The notes under the pieces: model-generated
Told to the model about the DNA's origin: nothing
Database searches by the model: none
The model's input: only the letters and a program-made list of their open reading frames with translations
NCBI GenBank assembly: GCA_963663965.2
Contig: CAXXFK010000031.1
Location: forward strand, 96,001-160,000
Reading direction: 5' to 3'
DNA from: Sedimentisphaerales bacterium
Lineage (GTDB): Bacteria; Planctomycetota; Phycisphaerae; Sedimentisphaerales; SM23-30
DNA: 64,000 bases
Program-made: the position numbers and the translations under genes
Shown: positions 31,099 through 44,221 of the stretch, piece by piece
Layout of the letters: each line of letters opens with the position of its first letter
Position numbering within the stretch: position 1 is the stretch's first letter

Positions 31099-33688
31099 TT
31101 GAAAGAAATCATGAACAAACAAACATCTGTAAGTAAGCTGAACTCTTTTCTACCCACAGAAGTGGATGGATGCAATTCTCTTATCGAGCTTGCTCTGGAC
31201 ATGCGATGGTCGTGGAGCCATTATGGGGATAAAGTCTGGAAACAGCTCGACCCGGAATTGTGGGAACTGACACAAAATCCGTGGGTCGTTTTGCAGACTG
31301 TTTCACGGGAAAAACTTGAAAACATCATTGGCTAACACCGAATTTCACAGGGAAGTGGATGAGCTTTTGGAACTCAAGGGCCGCAAGTCGGCAGCACCAG
31401 CATGGTTTCAGGCAAACTCATCCGCAAAACTCCGTTGATCGTGTGTCGCTTATTTCTGTATGGAATTTATGCTAAGCGAGGCCCTGCCCATCTATTCGGG
31501 CGGGCTGGGTAATGTGGCAGGCGATCAACTCAAAGCCGCCAGCGATTTGGGGGTGCCGGTAGTCGGCGTGGGACTACTATACCAGCAGGGCTATTTTCGC
31601 CAGGTGATTGACAAGGATGGAACGCAGCAGGAACTGTATCCGTATAACGACCCAGGGACAATTGCCAATCACACCCCTGCGAAAACCAAACGGCCAGTGG
31701 TTGCGGCTGGAAGTCGTAAGCTTCCCGGTTATTCGGTGTGGCTGCGCGGGTGGCAGGTCTCAGGTCGGTCAGAGTTAAGGCTTTACCTGCTGGACACCAA
31801 TGATGCGGCGAACTTTCCCGCTCATCGAGGAATTACCAGCGAGCTTTACGGAGGCGGGCCGGAGTTGCGACTTAAAACAAGAGATCATACTCGGGATTGG
31901 GGGATGGCGATTGCTCCGTGCGCTAGGCATCCAGCCGGAGGTCTGCCACCTGAATGAAGGGCATGCTGCTTTCGCCGTGCTGGAACGCGCCACGAAATTT
32001 CATGGAAGATACAGAGCCAACCTTTTGAAACTGCGCTGGCCGTCTACGCGGGCTGGAAACCTCTTTACCACCCATACGCCGGTTGCCGCCGGCTTTGACC
32101 GTTTCGCTCCAGCCCTTATCGAGCAATACCTTGGTTGGTATGCTCAAAACAGGCTTGGTGTATCCAATCCATGATTTGCTCGCTCTTGGACAGGCAAAAC
32201 TCGGTAACGACTCGTCAGAGCCATTTCAATATGGCTTATCTGGCCATGCGAGGCAGCGGCGCAGTCAATGGCGTGAGCCAATTGCATGGGAAAGTGAGCC
32301 GACGCTTGTTTCAATCTCTTTACCCCCGCTGGCCGGCAGGACGAAGTGCCCGTCGGGTCCGTTACCAACGGCGTTCATATGTCAACCTGGGATTCGGCGG
32401 AGGCGGATGAGCTCTGGACCGAGGCGTGCGGCAAAGAGACCGATGGCTGGGAACAACGGAAACCCTGGAGCAGGATATTCAAGCGCATTTCCGATTCGAG
32501 GCTCTGGCGATTTCGCACCGATGCTTGTAAGTCTCTCGTTGCCTACGCCCGTAAAAGATTAGCGCGGCAACTGGAGGAGTCTTCTTCGCTGCCAGAAGCG
32601 GTCGAGGCTGCGAAGAATCTATTTGACTCCAACACCTTGACGCTGGGTTTTGCGCGGCGTTTCGCGACTTATAAAAGACCGAATCTATTACTGCACGACC
32701 CCCAGAGGCTGCTTCGCCTGTTGAGCAATCCCCAGCGGCCGGTGCAACTGATAATCGCGGGTAAGGCCCATCCTGCGGACCAGGCGGGGCAAGACCTGAT
32801 TCAGGAATGGATACGTTTTATCCGACGGCCCGAGGTACGCCGGCATGCGGTATTCCTTAGCGACTATGACATGCATGTTACCGAACACCTCGTACAAGGG
32901 GTGGACGTCTGGATTAACACACCACGGCGTCCGTGGGAGGCCAGTGGAACCAGCGGCATGAAAGTGCTTGTCAATGGAGGCATTAATCTGTCGGAGTTGG
33001 ATGGCTGGTGGGCTGAAGCATACACGCCGGAAGTTGGGTGGGCGCTGGGAGACGGTCAGGAACACGGTGATGACCCAGACGTGGGATGCGGTCGAAGCAC
33101 ACGGAGCTTTATGAGATACTGGAACATGCAGATAATTCCTGAGTTTTATACCCGCGACGAAAAAGGTGTTCCTGTAGCCTGGGTAAAACGCGTATAAGGG
33201 AAAGCATGGCGAAGCTGACGCCGCGTTTTTCTGCCAACCGCACGGTGCGTGAATACACCGAGCTGCATTATCTTCCTGCCGCAGCGTGACATATCACAAA
33301 CGCGCCGCTGATAAAGGCGCGATGGGCAAACAAACTGGTAAATTGGCAGGCATACTCTCGAACAAAAATGGGCTGCGATACGTTTCGGCGAAACAAAGGT
33401 TGAGACCGACGGGCAGCAGCACCTATCATTGAAGTTGAGGTTTATCTCAACGACATTGCCCCGAATGCGGTTCGAGTGGAGCTTTATGCGGATGGAGTCA
33501 ATGGGGCTGGCGCGATACGGCAGGAGATGAAGCGAGGCCAACAACTGACAGACGCAGACAGAAGTTATATCTACAGCGCAACGGTCTCAGCCGCCCGGCC
33601 TGCAACAGACTATACCGCCAGGGTGATACCAAACTACGATAGTGTCGCGGTTCCCCTGGAAACGGCTCAAATATTGTGGCAGCGTTAA
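31099..33688 (+). pseudogene. glgP: Alpha-glucan (glycogen) phosphorylase, broken by many indels
   Basis: LALDMRWSW, YSGGLGNVAGD, HLNEGHAAF, FTTHTPV, FARRFATYKRP, EASGTSGMK in successive frames. Confidence 0.88.
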
Positions 33689-33706
33689 TCGACGAAAGAA
33701 AAGACG

Positions 33707-34333
33707 ATGAGAAAAAATACTGGAATTAAAAGTTTGTTTGTGGATATTGGGGGGGTCTTACTCACCGATGGATGGGGGCATGTGTTCCGCAAACTGGCGG
33801 CCCAGACATTTGATCTGGACCTCAATGAGTTAAACGACAGACATGATATGTTTTTAGATATATATGAGTTAGGCAAGCTTACCATTGAGGAATACATGAA
33901 CCGGGTGGTGTTCTACGAGAAGCGGTCATTTACTCCGGACCAGTTCCAAAAATTCATGTTCGACCAGTCAAAGCCATATCCCAAAATGATCGAGTTGGTC
34001 CGCCGGCTTAAGGCACGCTATGATTTGAAGATTGTCGTGGTCAGCAACGAAGCCCGGGAAATGAATTTGTATCGGATAAGAAAGTTCAAGCTTGATGGGT
34101 TCGTGGATTCTTTCATTTCCTCCTGCTTCGTTCACATGCGAAAGCCTGACGCGGTCATCTTTCGGCTTGCGCTCGATATCTCTCAGGTTTCAGCTAATCA
34201 GGTAGTCTATATTGAGAACCTCATGATGTTTGTCCAAATCGCAGAAGGTTTAGGAATTCGAGGCATTTGTCATACCGACTATGAGTCCACCTGTGCAAAA
34301 CTGGCTTCGTTTGGATTGGAGGTTGCAGAGTGA
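33707..34333 (+). CDS. HAD-family phosphatase (YihX-like)
   Basis: FVDIGGVL, VSNE, RKPD; motif IV degenerate (IEN instead of IDD). Confidence 0.82.
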   Translation: MRKNTGIKSLFVDIGGVLLTDGWGHVFRKLAAQTFDLDLNELNDRHDMFLDIYELGKLTIEEYMNRVVFYEKRSFTPDQFQKFMFDQSKPYPKMIELVRRLKARYDLKIVVVSNEAREMNLYRIRKFKLDGFVDSFISSCFVHMRKPDAVIFRLALDISQVSANQVVYIENLMMFVQIAEGLGIRGICHTDYESTCAKLASFGLEVAE

Positions 34334-35616
34334 AAAACCCGTCATCCGCAAAACCAACCCACTCCGGCCTGCTGACGATCAATGGCGGCTCATCGAGCAT
34401 CAAATATGCCTTGTATCACACAAGTGAACCAATTAAACGGATTTTTCATGGAAGCATCGAGCGCATCGGTTTGCCGGATATGAAATTAACTTTCACCGAT
34501 TCAGCGGGGAACCGACAAGATGGTATTCTTGAATCGTCCGATACCAGGTCGCCGGCCAACATCTTGATCGATTGGCTTGAAAAACAGCTTGATTTTTCTT
34601 TAATCCACGGTGTCGGACATCGCATCGTATTCGGCATGAAACATACAGAACCCGAACGCGTCACACCGGAATTGCTGAATGAACTGCACCGCATCAGTCT
34701 ATACGACACGGATCATCTGCCTGCTGAGATTGAATTGATTGAAGTATTACTTCAACATTATCCCAAACTGCCTCAGGTGGCCTGTTTTGACACAGCGTTT
34801 CACCATACCATGCCGCGTGTCGCCAAATTGCTACCTATCCCTCGCCGCTTCGATGCTGCCGGGATTCAACGATATGGTTTCCACGGATTATCGTACACCT
34901 ATTTAATGGAAGAACTTGCTCGTGTCGCCGGTACAAAAGCAGCCCAGGGCCGCGTGATACTGGCTCACCTTGGTAATGGTGCAAGTCTAGCTGCCGTCCG
35001 CGAAGGTAAAAGTATGGACACCAGTATGGGTTTCACACCGACCTCCGGATTACCCATGAGTACTCGATCGGGCGATTTAGATCCCGGTGTGGCATGGTAC
35101 CTGATGCAAGCGGAGAATCTGACCCCCAAGCAGTTCAATCATCTCATCAATCATGAATGCGGTTTGCTCGGAATTTCTGAAATCAGTTCAGACATGCGTG
35201 ACTTGCTTGACCGTGAACCTCAGGATGTACGGGCGGCCGAGGCGGTCGAACTGTTTTGTTACCAGACAAGAAAATGGATAGGCGCATTTGCAGCGGCGTT
35301 GGGCGGACTCGATACGCTGGTGTTTGCCGGTGGCATCGGTGAGCATGCCCCCACAGTCCGCGCCCGAATTTGCGATGGGCTGGCATTTCTTGGTATCGAA
35401 CTGGACGAACGGCGCAATATGGCAAATGCGGGTATTATTTCCTCCCAGACCGGCCGGGTTGCAGTGCGTGTCATCCCTACCGACGAAGAACAGATGATTG
35501 CACGCACGGTGTGCCGCGAACTCAAACCAGACAAAGAAAGTGAAAAAGGGTTTTCCGGTCATCCGTCCAAGGGGGTATCCCGGCCGGACGAGAACAGCCT
35601 CAAAACACAATATTAA
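34330..35616 (+). CDS. ackA: Acetate/propionate kinase
   Basis: INGGSSSIK, GHRIV, FDTAFH, RYGFHG, HLGNGAS, DTSMGFTP, IPTDEE. Confidence 0.93.
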   Translation: MKNPSSAKPTHSGLLTINGGSSSIKYALYHTSEPIKRIFHGSIERIGLPDMKLTFTDSAGNRQDGILESSDTRSPANILIDWLEKQLDFSLIHGVGHRIVFGMKHTEPERVTPELLNELHRISLYDTDHLPAEIELIEVLLQHYPKLPQVACFDTAFHHTMPRVAKLLPIPRRFDAAGIQRYGFHGLSYTYLMEELARVAGTKAAQGRVILAHLGNGASLAAVREGKSMDTSMGFTPTSGLPMSTRSGDLDPGVAWYLMQAENLTPKQFNHLINHECGLLGISEISSDMRDLLDREPQDVRAAEAVELFCYQTRKWIGAFAAALGGLDTLVFAGGIGEHAPTVRARICDGLAFLGIELDERRNMANAGIISSQTGRVAVRVIPTDEEQMIARTVCRELKPDKESEKGFSGHPSKGVSRPDENSLKTQY

Positions 35617-35633
35617 CTAACAAAAGGACCGCT

Positions 35634-36407
35634 GTGATGTTATACAAAGCGAAAACGCTGCAAGGTTACAAAATGGACAGTCTCGACGGCGAACTCGGAA
35701 AAATTAAAGAATTCTACTTCGACGACCGGCACTGGGCGATTCGCTATTTGGTCGCCGATACTGGCAAATGGTTGCCAGGCAGACAGGTGTTGATTTCCCC
35801 GTGTGCCTTGATCGGAGTGAATCGAAACGATCGTCTTATCGTCATCGATTTGACTAAAAAGCAGATTGAGGAGAGTCCCTCCCTGCTCAGCGACCTGCCG
35901 GTCTCGCAACAATTCGAGGAGGCCTTCTATCAGTATTATGGCTGGCCGATGTATTGCGGCGGACCCTATATGTGGGGGGATTATTCCTATCCGATGCGCG
36001 AGCGTGCGAACTGGCATAAACCCACACCAAACGAAAAAGCGTGGGATCCCCATTTGCGCAGCACGCACGATGTGAGAGGACATTATATCCAGGCGGCGGA
36101 CGGCGAGATTGGTCATATCGAAGATTTTATCGTCGATGACGAGACCTGGGCGATTCGTTATCTGATCGTCGACACCCGGAACTGGTGGGCAGGAAAGAAA
36201 GTACTGATTTCACCCCATTGGATCGAGCGCGTAAGCTGGAGTGAGTCGAAAGTCTTCGTAACGGTGCTGCGCGAGACCATCAAGCAGTCGCCGACATACA
36301 CAGAAGACTCTCTGCTGGACCGCGATTATGAAGATAAACTTTATCAGCATTATAAGCAGCAAGGCTACTGGGTCGATGAACCGGATGTCATGGGGCATAC
36401 CCAGTGA
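35634..36407 (+). CDS. Double PRC-barrel domain protein
   Basis: Two repeats of DGExGxIxxFxxDDxxWAIRYLxxDTxxWxxGxxVLISP. Confidence 0.85.
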   Translation: MMLYKAKTLQGYKMDSLDGELGKIKEFYFDDRHWAIRYLVADTGKWLPGRQVLISPCALIGVNRNDRLIVIDLTKKQIEESPSLLSDLPVSQQFEEAFYQYYGWPMYCGGPYMWGDYSYPMRERANWHKPTPNEKAWDPHLRSTHDVRGHYIQAADGEIGHIEDFIVDDETWAIRYLIVDTRNWWAGKKVLISPHWIERVSWSESKVFVTVLRETIKQSPTYTEDSLLDRDYEDKLYQHYKQQGYWVDEPDVMGHTQ

Positions 36408-36729
36408 ATCATGTGCGAGAATAGGGCTGGCTGTGCGGATTGCCCGCCCCCACCCTCATGCCCCTGTTTGCTTCCGGCATTACAGGTTTATGGTGTATTT
36501 GGAATTACCGTGAAAATAAAAAAAGCCCTTTTAGATTTGAAAAGAACGGGCCTGGCGGATGAAAATAGAATTGGTTCGACACAATATTGCGAAAACCACC
36601 GCCACCAGAAAAGTATACGCATTGCGTATGATTATTCCCGGATCTCCCGTATATAACCGTCTTCCATATAACCAGTTATGTCATTTCACGGTAAAACGGG
36701 AAATCTCAACTAAGAAGAGTATAAAACTC

Positions 36730-38411
36730 ATGAAACTGTCTATTAATCCAAAACATCTGAAACGCTACAAGGACATCACCCTGCTTTTGATCAAGCATGG
36801 GCGATCGGATGTTGTGAAACAGGCCGGGTTGCAAGAGGTGCTGAGGTTGGATGCACCGGCGGAGACGGTAAACGGCGAGGTTAAGGCGGATGAACTGGCG
36901 CGCGATCTGGAGAAAATGGGGCCAACCTATATCAAGCTCGGTCAACTTCTGTCCACCCGCGCCGATTTCCTTCCTCCGGCCTATATTCAGGCACTCACAC
37001 GATTACAGGACCAGATCGATCCCTTTCCGTTCGAAGAGGTGCAAGCCATAGTTGCTGACGAGTTGGGAGTACGGATATCAAAGGCCTTTTCCAAGTTTGA
37101 ACCCAAGCCGCTGGCGACGGCGTCGCTGGGCCAGGTCCATCGTGCGACCATGCATGACGGCCGGGTCGTGGTGGTGAAGGTGCAGCGGCCGGGAATCCGG
37201 GAAGTTATCGCGGATGACATGGAGGTGCTGGCGGAGATTGCCTGGTTTTGGGATAAGCACACGCAGTGGGGCAAGCGGTACGAGTTCGGCAAGATGCTCG
37301 ACGAATTTCGCCGGAGTTTGTGGCGCGAGTTGGATTATCGGCAGGAAGCGCGCAATCTCAGCGCCTTGGGTGCCAATCTGCTGGAATTTTCAGCAATCGT
37401 CGTCCCGGCTCCGATTGAGGATTTTACCACTTCACGCGTGTTGACCATGGACTACATTCAAGGTAAAAAATTCACGGAACTCAGCCCTTTGGCCCGTCTC
37501 GATTTCAAGGGGGCGGATCTGGCGGAAGAACTGTTTCACGCTTATCTGAAGCAAATTCTGGTGGATGGTTTTTTTTCACGCCGATCCCCATCCGGGCAAT
37601 GTCTTTCTCACGGATGATCATCGCATTGCCCTGCTTGACCTGGGGATGGTGGGGGCACCTCTCATCCCCGTTACAGGAGAACCTGCTTCAGTTGCTGTTG
37701 GCGGTGAGCGATGGACGCGGTGATGAAGCTGCAACCATTGCGATTAAAATCGGGGATCGAAAAATAGATTTTATAGAGAATCCATTCAGGCAGCGCGTGG
37801 CGGGGTTGGTTAGTGAGTATCAGGAATTTAAAATGGACCAGATTCAAGTGGGGCGCGTCGTACTGGAAATTACGAAAATATCGGGAGATAGCGGATTGCG
37901 GGTGCCTGCGGAGTTGACCCTGTTGGGCAAGACGCTGCTGAATCTGAATATGGTTGGTCAAACCCTCGACCCGAAATTTGATCCCAACGCTTCGATCCGG
38001 CGCAACGCGGAGAAAATTTTAATGCAGCGAATGTGGAAGGCGCTCTCGCCAACCCACCTGTTCGGCGGCTTATTGGAGATGAAGGATCTGTTGGTGCGAC
38101 TGCCCAGCCGGCTCAACCGGATTCTCGATGCGATAACGCGTAATGAGTTAAAGATAAAAGTGGATGCGATTGAAGAGAATGTCATCATCGAAGGGCTGCA
38201 GAAGGTCGCCAATCGGATCACCCTGGGTTTGATACTGGCCGCGTTGATTGTCGGGGCCGCTTTATTGATGCAGGTGGAGAGTTCGTTTCGCATCTTTGGT
38301 TATCCCGGTTTCGCGATCTTGTGTTTTCTGGGCGTTGGTGTCGGCAGTCTCTTTCTGATTGTTCCCATTCTGATACATGATCGACCAAAGAAAAAGAAAG
38401 ACTCAACTTGA
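36730..38411 (+). pseudogene. ABC1/AarF/UbiB atypical protein kinase, frameshifted at the T8 run (37569-37576) and near 37650
   Basis: [39 protein letters not shown] across frames; two C-terminal TM helices. Confidence 0.85.
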
Positions 38412-38550
38412 AGCAGGCCTGGTCTGATGCGCCGCTGAAGACCATCGGCCGGATCAACCGGTTGATGATTATGTGACCAGGCAATGCTCAAACGGCAACC
38501 AAAGTAAATTGCCGAGTAATCAGCCTTGACACTATTAAAGGAATCGACCC

Positions 38551-40923
38551 ATGAATGAAAACGATCTCACCCCGGAATTGCTTCATCGGATGGATGCCTA
38601 CTGGCGGGCGGCCAATTATCTGTCGGTCGGCCAGATTTATCTGTACGACAATCCGTTGCTGCGGGAGCCCTTAAAAAAGTCGCATATAAAGCCCACACTG
38701 CTGGGGCATTGGGGCACGACGCCGGGTCAGAATTTCATTTATGTCCACTTGAACCGGGTCATCAAGAAGTACGATCTGGACATGATTTACATTTCCGGTC
38801 CCGGCCACGGCGGTCCGGCGCTGGTGGGAAATACTTATCTCGAAGGTACTTACAGTGAAGTCTATCCGCACATTACGCAGGATGAGGCTGGACTGAAAAA
38901 GCTGTTTACCCAGTTCTCCTTCCCCGGCGGGATCCCCAGTCATGTCTCACCGGAATGTCCGGGATCGATTCACGAGGGGGGCGAGCTGGGCTATTCCCTC
39001 AGTCATGCCTTCGGGGCGGTGTTCGATAATCCAGACCTGGTGGTGGCCTGTGTGGTGGGCGACGGCGAGGCGGAAACTGGGCCGCTGGCCACGGCGTGGC
39101 ACTCCAATAAATTCCTCAATCCGGTTACTGATGGCGCTGTGCTGCCTATTTTGCATCTGAACGGCTATAAAATCGCCAATCCAACTGTGTTGGCGCGCAT
39201 CCCCCATGAGGAATTGGACCAGTTGTTTCGTGGTTATGGCTGGATACCGTATTATGTGGAGGGGGACGAGCCGGAAACGATGCATCAAACCATGGCTGCT
39301 GTCATGGAAAAGGCGATTGAGGACATCCGGAAGATTCAAAGCAACGCCCGCGCCCATCAGGATGCCAGCCGTCCCCGCTGGCCCATGATCGTGTTGAAGT
39401 CGCCCAAGGGTTGGACCGGCCCGAAAGTGGTTGATGGCTTGCCGGTTGAAGGCACCTTTCGGGCGCACCAAGTGCCGCTCCAAATCGATGCGGATCATCC
39501 CGGACATCTTGAGCAGCTCGAACGCTGGCTGCGAAGTTACCGGCCCGAGGAGCTGTTCGATAAGCAGGGCCGGTTCCGCCCGGAACTGGCCGAGCTGGCG
39601 CCGAAGGGCGGCCGGCGAATGGGCGCCAATCCGCACGCAAACGGTGGTTTGCTGTTACGAGATCTGAAGATGCCCGATTTTCGTGATTATGCGGTCAAGG
39701 TAACGATACCCGGCTCTGTCATGGCGGCTGATACCCATGTCCTCGGCGAATTTCTGCGGGATGTGATTACGCTAAATAAAGAGCAGCGGAATTTCCGCAT
39801 TTTCGGTCCTGATGAGACCTTGTCAAATCGTTTAAATGCTGTTTTCGAGGTGACCAACCGGCAGTGGGAGGCCCAGACCGAAGCAAATGATGAGTTTCTG
39901 GCCGCCGACGGTCGGGTGATGGAGATGCTGAGCGAGCATCAGTGCGAAGGGTGGCTGGAGGGGTATTTGCTAACGGGGCGACATGGGCTGTTCAATAGCT
40001 ACGAGGCTTTTATTCACATTATCGATTCGATGTTCAACCAGCACGCCAAGTGGCTGAAGGTCACGGCTGAGCTGCCGTGGCGAAAGAAGATAGCGTCGCT
40101 CAATTATCTACTGGCTTCCCATGTCTGGCAACAGGCGCACAACGGCTTTACCCATCAGGATCCCGGATTCATCGATCATGTGGTCAACAAGAAGGCGTCG
40201 ATTGTCCGGGTGTACCTGCCTCCGGACGCGAATTGTCTGTTGTCGGTTTGGGACCATTGCCTGCGCAGCCGCCATTATGTCAATGTGACGGTTGCGGGCA
40301 AGTACCGGGCGCCGCAATGGCTGACCATGGATGAGGCGGTCGCGCATTGTACCAAGGGAATTGGCGTTTGGCCGTGGGCCAGTACGGACCGGGGCGGGGA
40401 ACCGGATGTGGTGATGGCCTGCTGCGGCGATGTCCCGACGCTTGAAATCCTGGCCGCGGTTTCCATACTTCGCAAGTATCTGCCTGAACTGAAAATACGA
40501 GTGATTAATGTTGTCGATCTGATGAAACTGCAACCGGATACGGAACATCCGCATGGATTGAGTGATCGTGACTTCGACGCGTTGTTTACTCAAGATAAGC
40601 CGATTATCTTTGCGTTCCACGGCTACCCCTGGCTGGTCCACCGGATGACCTATCGCCGCGCCAACCATAAAAACATGCATGTGCGGGGCTATAAGGAAGA
40701 GGGCACGATCACGACGACCTTCGACATGACGGTTTTAAACGATCTGGACCGGTTTCATCTGGTGCTGGATGTCATTCACCGGTTGCCGCAGTTGGGGGCC
40801 AAAGGGGCCGCGTTAAAGCAGGCAATGGAGGCGAAGCTGATCGAGCACAAGCAGTACATCGACCAGAACGGGCAGGACATGCCGGAAATCCTGAACTGGA
40901 AGTGGAGCAGGAACGAAACTTGA
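38551..40923 (+). CDS. xfp: Xylulose-5-P/fructose-6-P phosphoketolase, intact
   Basis: [60 protein letters not shown]. Confidence 0.96.
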   Translation: MNENDLTPELLHRMDAYWRAANYLSVGQIYLYDNPLLREPLKKSHIKPTLLGHWGTTPGQNFIYVHLNRVIKKYDLDMIYISGPGHGGPALVGNTYLEGTYSEVYPHITQDEAGLKKLFTQFSFPGGIPSHVSPECPGSIHEGGELGYSLSHAFGAVFDNPDLVVACVVGDGEAETGPLATAWHSNKFLNPVTDGAVLPILHLNGYKIANPTVLARIPHEELDQLFRGYGWIPYYVEGDEPETMHQTMAAVMEKAIEDIRKIQSNARAHQDASRPRWPMIVLKSPKGWTGPKVVDGLPVEGTFRAHQVPLQIDADHPGHLEQLERWLRSYRPEELFDKQGRFRPELAELAPKGGRRMGANPHANGGLLLRDLKMPDFRDYAVKVTIPGSVMAADTHVLGEFLRDVITLNKEQRNFRIFGPDETLSNRLNAVFEVTNRQWEAQTEANDEFLAADGRVMEMLSEHQCEGWLEGYLLTGRHGLFNSYEAFIHIIDSMFNQHAKWLKVTAELPWRKKIASLNYLLASHVWQQAHNGFTHQDPGFIDHVVNKKASIVRVYLPPDANCLLSVWDHCLRSRHYVNVTVAGKYRAPQWLTMDEAVAHCTKGIGVWPWASTDRGGEPDVVMACCGDVPTLEILAAVSILRKYLPELKIRVINVVDLMKLQPDTEHPHGLSDRDFDALFTQDKPIIFAFHGYPWLVHRMTYRRANHKNMHVRGYKEEGTITTTFDMTVLNDLDRFHLVLDVIHRLPQLGAKGAALKQAMEAKLIEHKQYIDQNGQDMPEILNWKWSRNET

Positions 40924-40990
40924 CGAAACTACGCACCAACTGGAAAGGACTGTTGTCATTTATCCTGACGATGATTTTGCAAGAATAACT

Positions 40991-42483
40991 ATGAAGACCC
41001 TACCCCATCCAATGAACCTCGGCGCGGTTGTCTCAGTGCGCGGAAGTGTTGTCGACATCCGGTTCGAGGCCCATTTTGCCGCCCATATACTCGATATTGC
41101 ATGCGAGGGAAGGGACTATTGTCATCGAGGTATTGGCGCAACTCGATGCGCATCGCGTGCGTGGTATCGCACTGACTCCCACCCCAAGGCCTCGCCCGCG
41201 GCATGACGGTGGAAGATACCGGTGGGCCATTGATGGCGCCGGTCGGCAAGGGAATTCTCGCGCGAATGTTCGATGTTTTCGGCCACGCCATCGACCGCCA
41301 GGCGGAACTGACCGATGTCCAATGGCGTACTGTTCATCAGGCACCGCCGGCATTAGCCCGGCGCTCCACCCAATCCGAGGTGTTCGAGACCGGGATCAAA
41401 GTCATTGATGTACTGGTACCGCTCGAACGAGGCGGTAAGGCGGGTCTCTTTGGTGGAGCCGGGGTGGGAAAAAACCGTCTTATTGACCGAAATGATTCAC
41501 AATATGATCGGGCACCAGGAAGGTGTCAGCATATTTTGCGGCATTGGCGAACGGTGTCGCGAAGGCGAAGAGCTTTACCGCGACATGAAGGAGGCGGGCG
41601 TTTTATCGGATATGGTGATGATTTTCGGGCAAATGAACGAGCCGCCGGGCAGCCGTTTTCGCGTGGGCCATGCCGCGCTGACGATGGCCGAGTATTTCCG
41701 GGACGATGAGCATCGCGATGTCCTGCTGCTGATCGACAATATTTTTCGCTTCATCCAGGCTGGTATGGAAGTGTCGGGCCTGATGGGGCAGATGCCATCG
41801 CGGTTGGGCTATCAACCGACCATGGGGACGGAGTTGTCGCGGCTGGAGGAACGCATTGCCAATACCGATGCGGGCGCCATCACCTCCATTCAGGCGGTGT
41901 ATGTCCCGGCGGACGATTTGACCGACCCGGCGGCGGTGCATACCTTTTCGCATCTCTCTGCTTCGATTGTCCTGTCACGCAAGCGGGCGAGCGAAGGACT
42001 TTATCCGGCAGTCGATCTGTTGCAATCCAGTTCCAAAATGGCCACGCCCGGCATTGTCGGCGACCGCCATTATCTTCTGGCACAGGAAATCCGGCGAACG
42101 CTCGCGCAGTATGAAGAACTCAAGGATGTCATTGCCATGCTGGGCTTGGAGCAACTGGCGTCGGAAGATCGCAATGTCGTTGCCCGCGCCCGACGATTGG
42201 AGCGATTCTTTTACCCAGCCTTTTTTTCGCCACCGAGCAGTTTAGCGGCATCAAAGGGAAACTCGTCAGTCTCAAGGATGCGCTCGATGGCTGCGAACGA
42301 ATCTTGCACGATGAATTCAAAGATTACCCGGAAAGCGCGCTCTATATGATCGGGGCGATTGGCGAAGCCGTGAAAAATAAACCGCCCGGCCGACCCAAAA
42401 CCAAGGCTGGTTTGCAGTCTGAGTCCGAAACGAAACCCAAACCGGAGGACGATCATGCAACCATCGATACCCATGACGCTTAA
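40991..42483 (+). pseudogene. atpD: N-ATPase/F1 subunit beta, several indels in or near homopolymers
   Basis: [10 protein letters not shown](T), [37 protein letters not shown] across frames. Confidence 0.9.
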
Positions 42484-42862
42484 GGTTCTGCTGCCGTTTG
42501 GAATCTATGCCGAGAAAACCGATGTTTTGCGCATCGTTGCCGAAACCCGCCAGGGCTCGTTTGGACTCCTGCCGCACCGGCTTGATTGCGTGGCCGCGAT
42601 TGCTCCTGGAATTCTGATCTACGAAACCAAAACCGAGGGCGAGTTTTATGTGGCCGTCGATGAAGGGGTGTTGGTCAAGACCGGTTTAAATGTACTTGTT
42701 TCCGTACGCAATGCCATTGGCGGAACAGACCTCGGCCAACTACGGGAAGCGGTGGAGCAGGAGTTTATGCTCCTGAACGAACGGGAGCAAAGCGTTAACG
42801 TGGCAGTCGCAAAAATGGAAAGCGGTTTCATCCGCCGCTTAGTGGAGTTTAATCATGAGTGA
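42455..42862 (+). CDS. atpC: N-ATPase subunit epsilon
   Basis: GSFGLLPHRLD, AVDEGVLVK; position after atpD. Confidence 0.9.
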   Translation: MQPSIPMTLKVLLPFGIYAEKTDVLRIVAETRQGSFGLLPHRLDCVAAIAPGILIYETKTEGEFYVAVDEGVLVKTGLNVLVSVRNAIGGTDLGQLREAVEQEFMLLNEREQSVNVAVAKMESGFIRRLVEFNHE

Positions 42863-43193
42863 CAAATCCCAAAACAAGCTTTTGAAGACGAAGCCGTCGT
42901 TCAGTCAGGAAGTCGGTGCGAAGGCGGCGCGTAAGCTTAAGGCGCGGCGCCACGCGACGCAGGGCGTCTGGTTTGGCATGGGGATGATGGGGCTGATCGG
43001 CTGGTCGGTGGCGGTTCCGACATTGCTCGGTGCGGCGTTCGGTATTTGGCTGGACAATCGACATTCCGGCAGCCACTCCTGGACGCTCATGTTGCTGGTG
43101 TTCGGCCTGGTAATCGGTTGTTGGAATGCCTGGCATTGGGTATCCAAGGAAGACCAAGAAATGCGAATGGAACAGGAGGATGACGATGAATGA
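42855..43193 (+). CDS. atpQ: N-ATPase accessory membrane protein AtpQ (AtpZ/AtpI family)
   Basis: GMMGLIGWSVAVPTLLG..GIWLD..GCWNAWHWV; operon position. Confidence 0.8.
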   Translation: MSDKSQNKLLKTKPSFSQEVGAKAARKLKARRHATQGVWFGMGMMGLIGWSVAVPTLLGAAFGIWLDNRHSGSHSWTLMLLVFGLVIGCWNAWHWVSKEDQEMRMEQEDDDE

Positions 43194-43497
43194 AACGGTG
43201 ACATTGTTGTTGGCATTGACGGCGGGCTTTTTGCTCGGGGTACTGTTCTTTGGCGGCCTTTGGTGGACGATTCAGAAAGGGGTTTCGTCTCAACGGCCGG
43301 CGCTGTGGTTTTTCGGCAGCCTACTATTGCGGATGGGCATCACTCTGACGGGATTTTACCTGGTCGCCGACGGTCGTTGGGAGCGGCTAACAGTAAGCCT
43401 CTTGGGATTTATCATGGCCCGTCTGCTCATAATGCGGCTCACTCGGGCGGCGGATAAACCAACTTGCTTGACACAGGAGACCAGCCATGCGACTTAG
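43180..43497 (+). CDS. atpR: N-ATPase accessory membrane protein AtpR
   Basis: FFGGLWWT, SLLLRM, GFIMAR with intramembrane Arg residues; operon position. Confidence 0.8.
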   Translation: MTMNETVTLLLALTAGFLLGVLFFGGLWWTIQKGVSSQRPALWFFGSLLLRMGITLTGFYLVADGRWERLTVSLLGFIMARLLIMRLTRAADKPTCLTQETSHAT

Positions 43498-44221
43498 TCC
43501 CGACGAAATTGTGTACTGGCAACACGGATTCTTCAAGCTCAACGCCACCATTGTCTTTACCTGGGTACTGATGCTCGTACTGGCCGTCGGCTCAAAAGTC
43601 ATTACGCGCAAGCTCTCCATTGACCTGAAGCGTTCCCGCTGGCAGAATTTACTGGAAATCATCGTCTCCGGCATCGAAAAACAAATTATCGAAGTTGGCT
43701 TAAGTCAACCGCGAAACTATCTTGGTTTCCTGGGCACGCTCTTTCTGTTCGTCGCCGCCGCCAGTCTTGGCACGGTCTTCCCCGGCTACGAACCGCCCAC
43801 CGGGTCGCTCTCGACCACGACGGCGCTTGCGCTGTGTGTGTTGGTGGCCGTGCCATTCTTTGGGATCAAGGATCAGGGGGTGGGCAACTACCTTAACTCC
43901 TATCTGAAGCCAACCATCATCATGCTGCCGTTTAATATTATCAGTGAAATTTCGCGCACACTGGCCCTGGCCGTCCGCTTGTTCGGCAATATGATGAGCG
44001 GGGCGATGATTATCGGCATTTTGCTTACGATTACGCCCTTCCTCTTCCCGATTGTTATGACAGTTCTCGGTCTGCTCACCGGCATGGTGCAGGCCTATAT
44101 CTTCAGTATCCTGGCCGCGGTTTACATCGCGGCCGCCACCCGTGTCCGTAAACCCAGGCATAAACCGGAACGCGCGACTAGAAGCAAAAATATTATCAAC
44201 GAAAGGATCTCTCATGGATAG
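43487..44221 (+). CDS. atpB: FO subunit a
   Basis: PPTGSLSTT, SRTLALAVRLFGN, VQAYIFSILAAVYI. Confidence 0.93.
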   Translation: MRLSPDEIVYWQHGFFKLNATIVFTWVLMLVLAVGSKVITRKLSIDLKRSRWQNLLEIIVSGIEKQIIEVGLSQPRNYLGFLGTLFLFVAAASLGTVFPGYEPPTGSLSTTTALALCVLVAVPFFGIKDQGVGNYLNSYLKPTIIMLPFNIISEISRTLALAVRLFGNMMSGAMIIGILLTITPFLFPIVMTVLGLLTGMVQAYIFSILAAVYIAAATRVRKPRHKPERATRSKNIINERISHG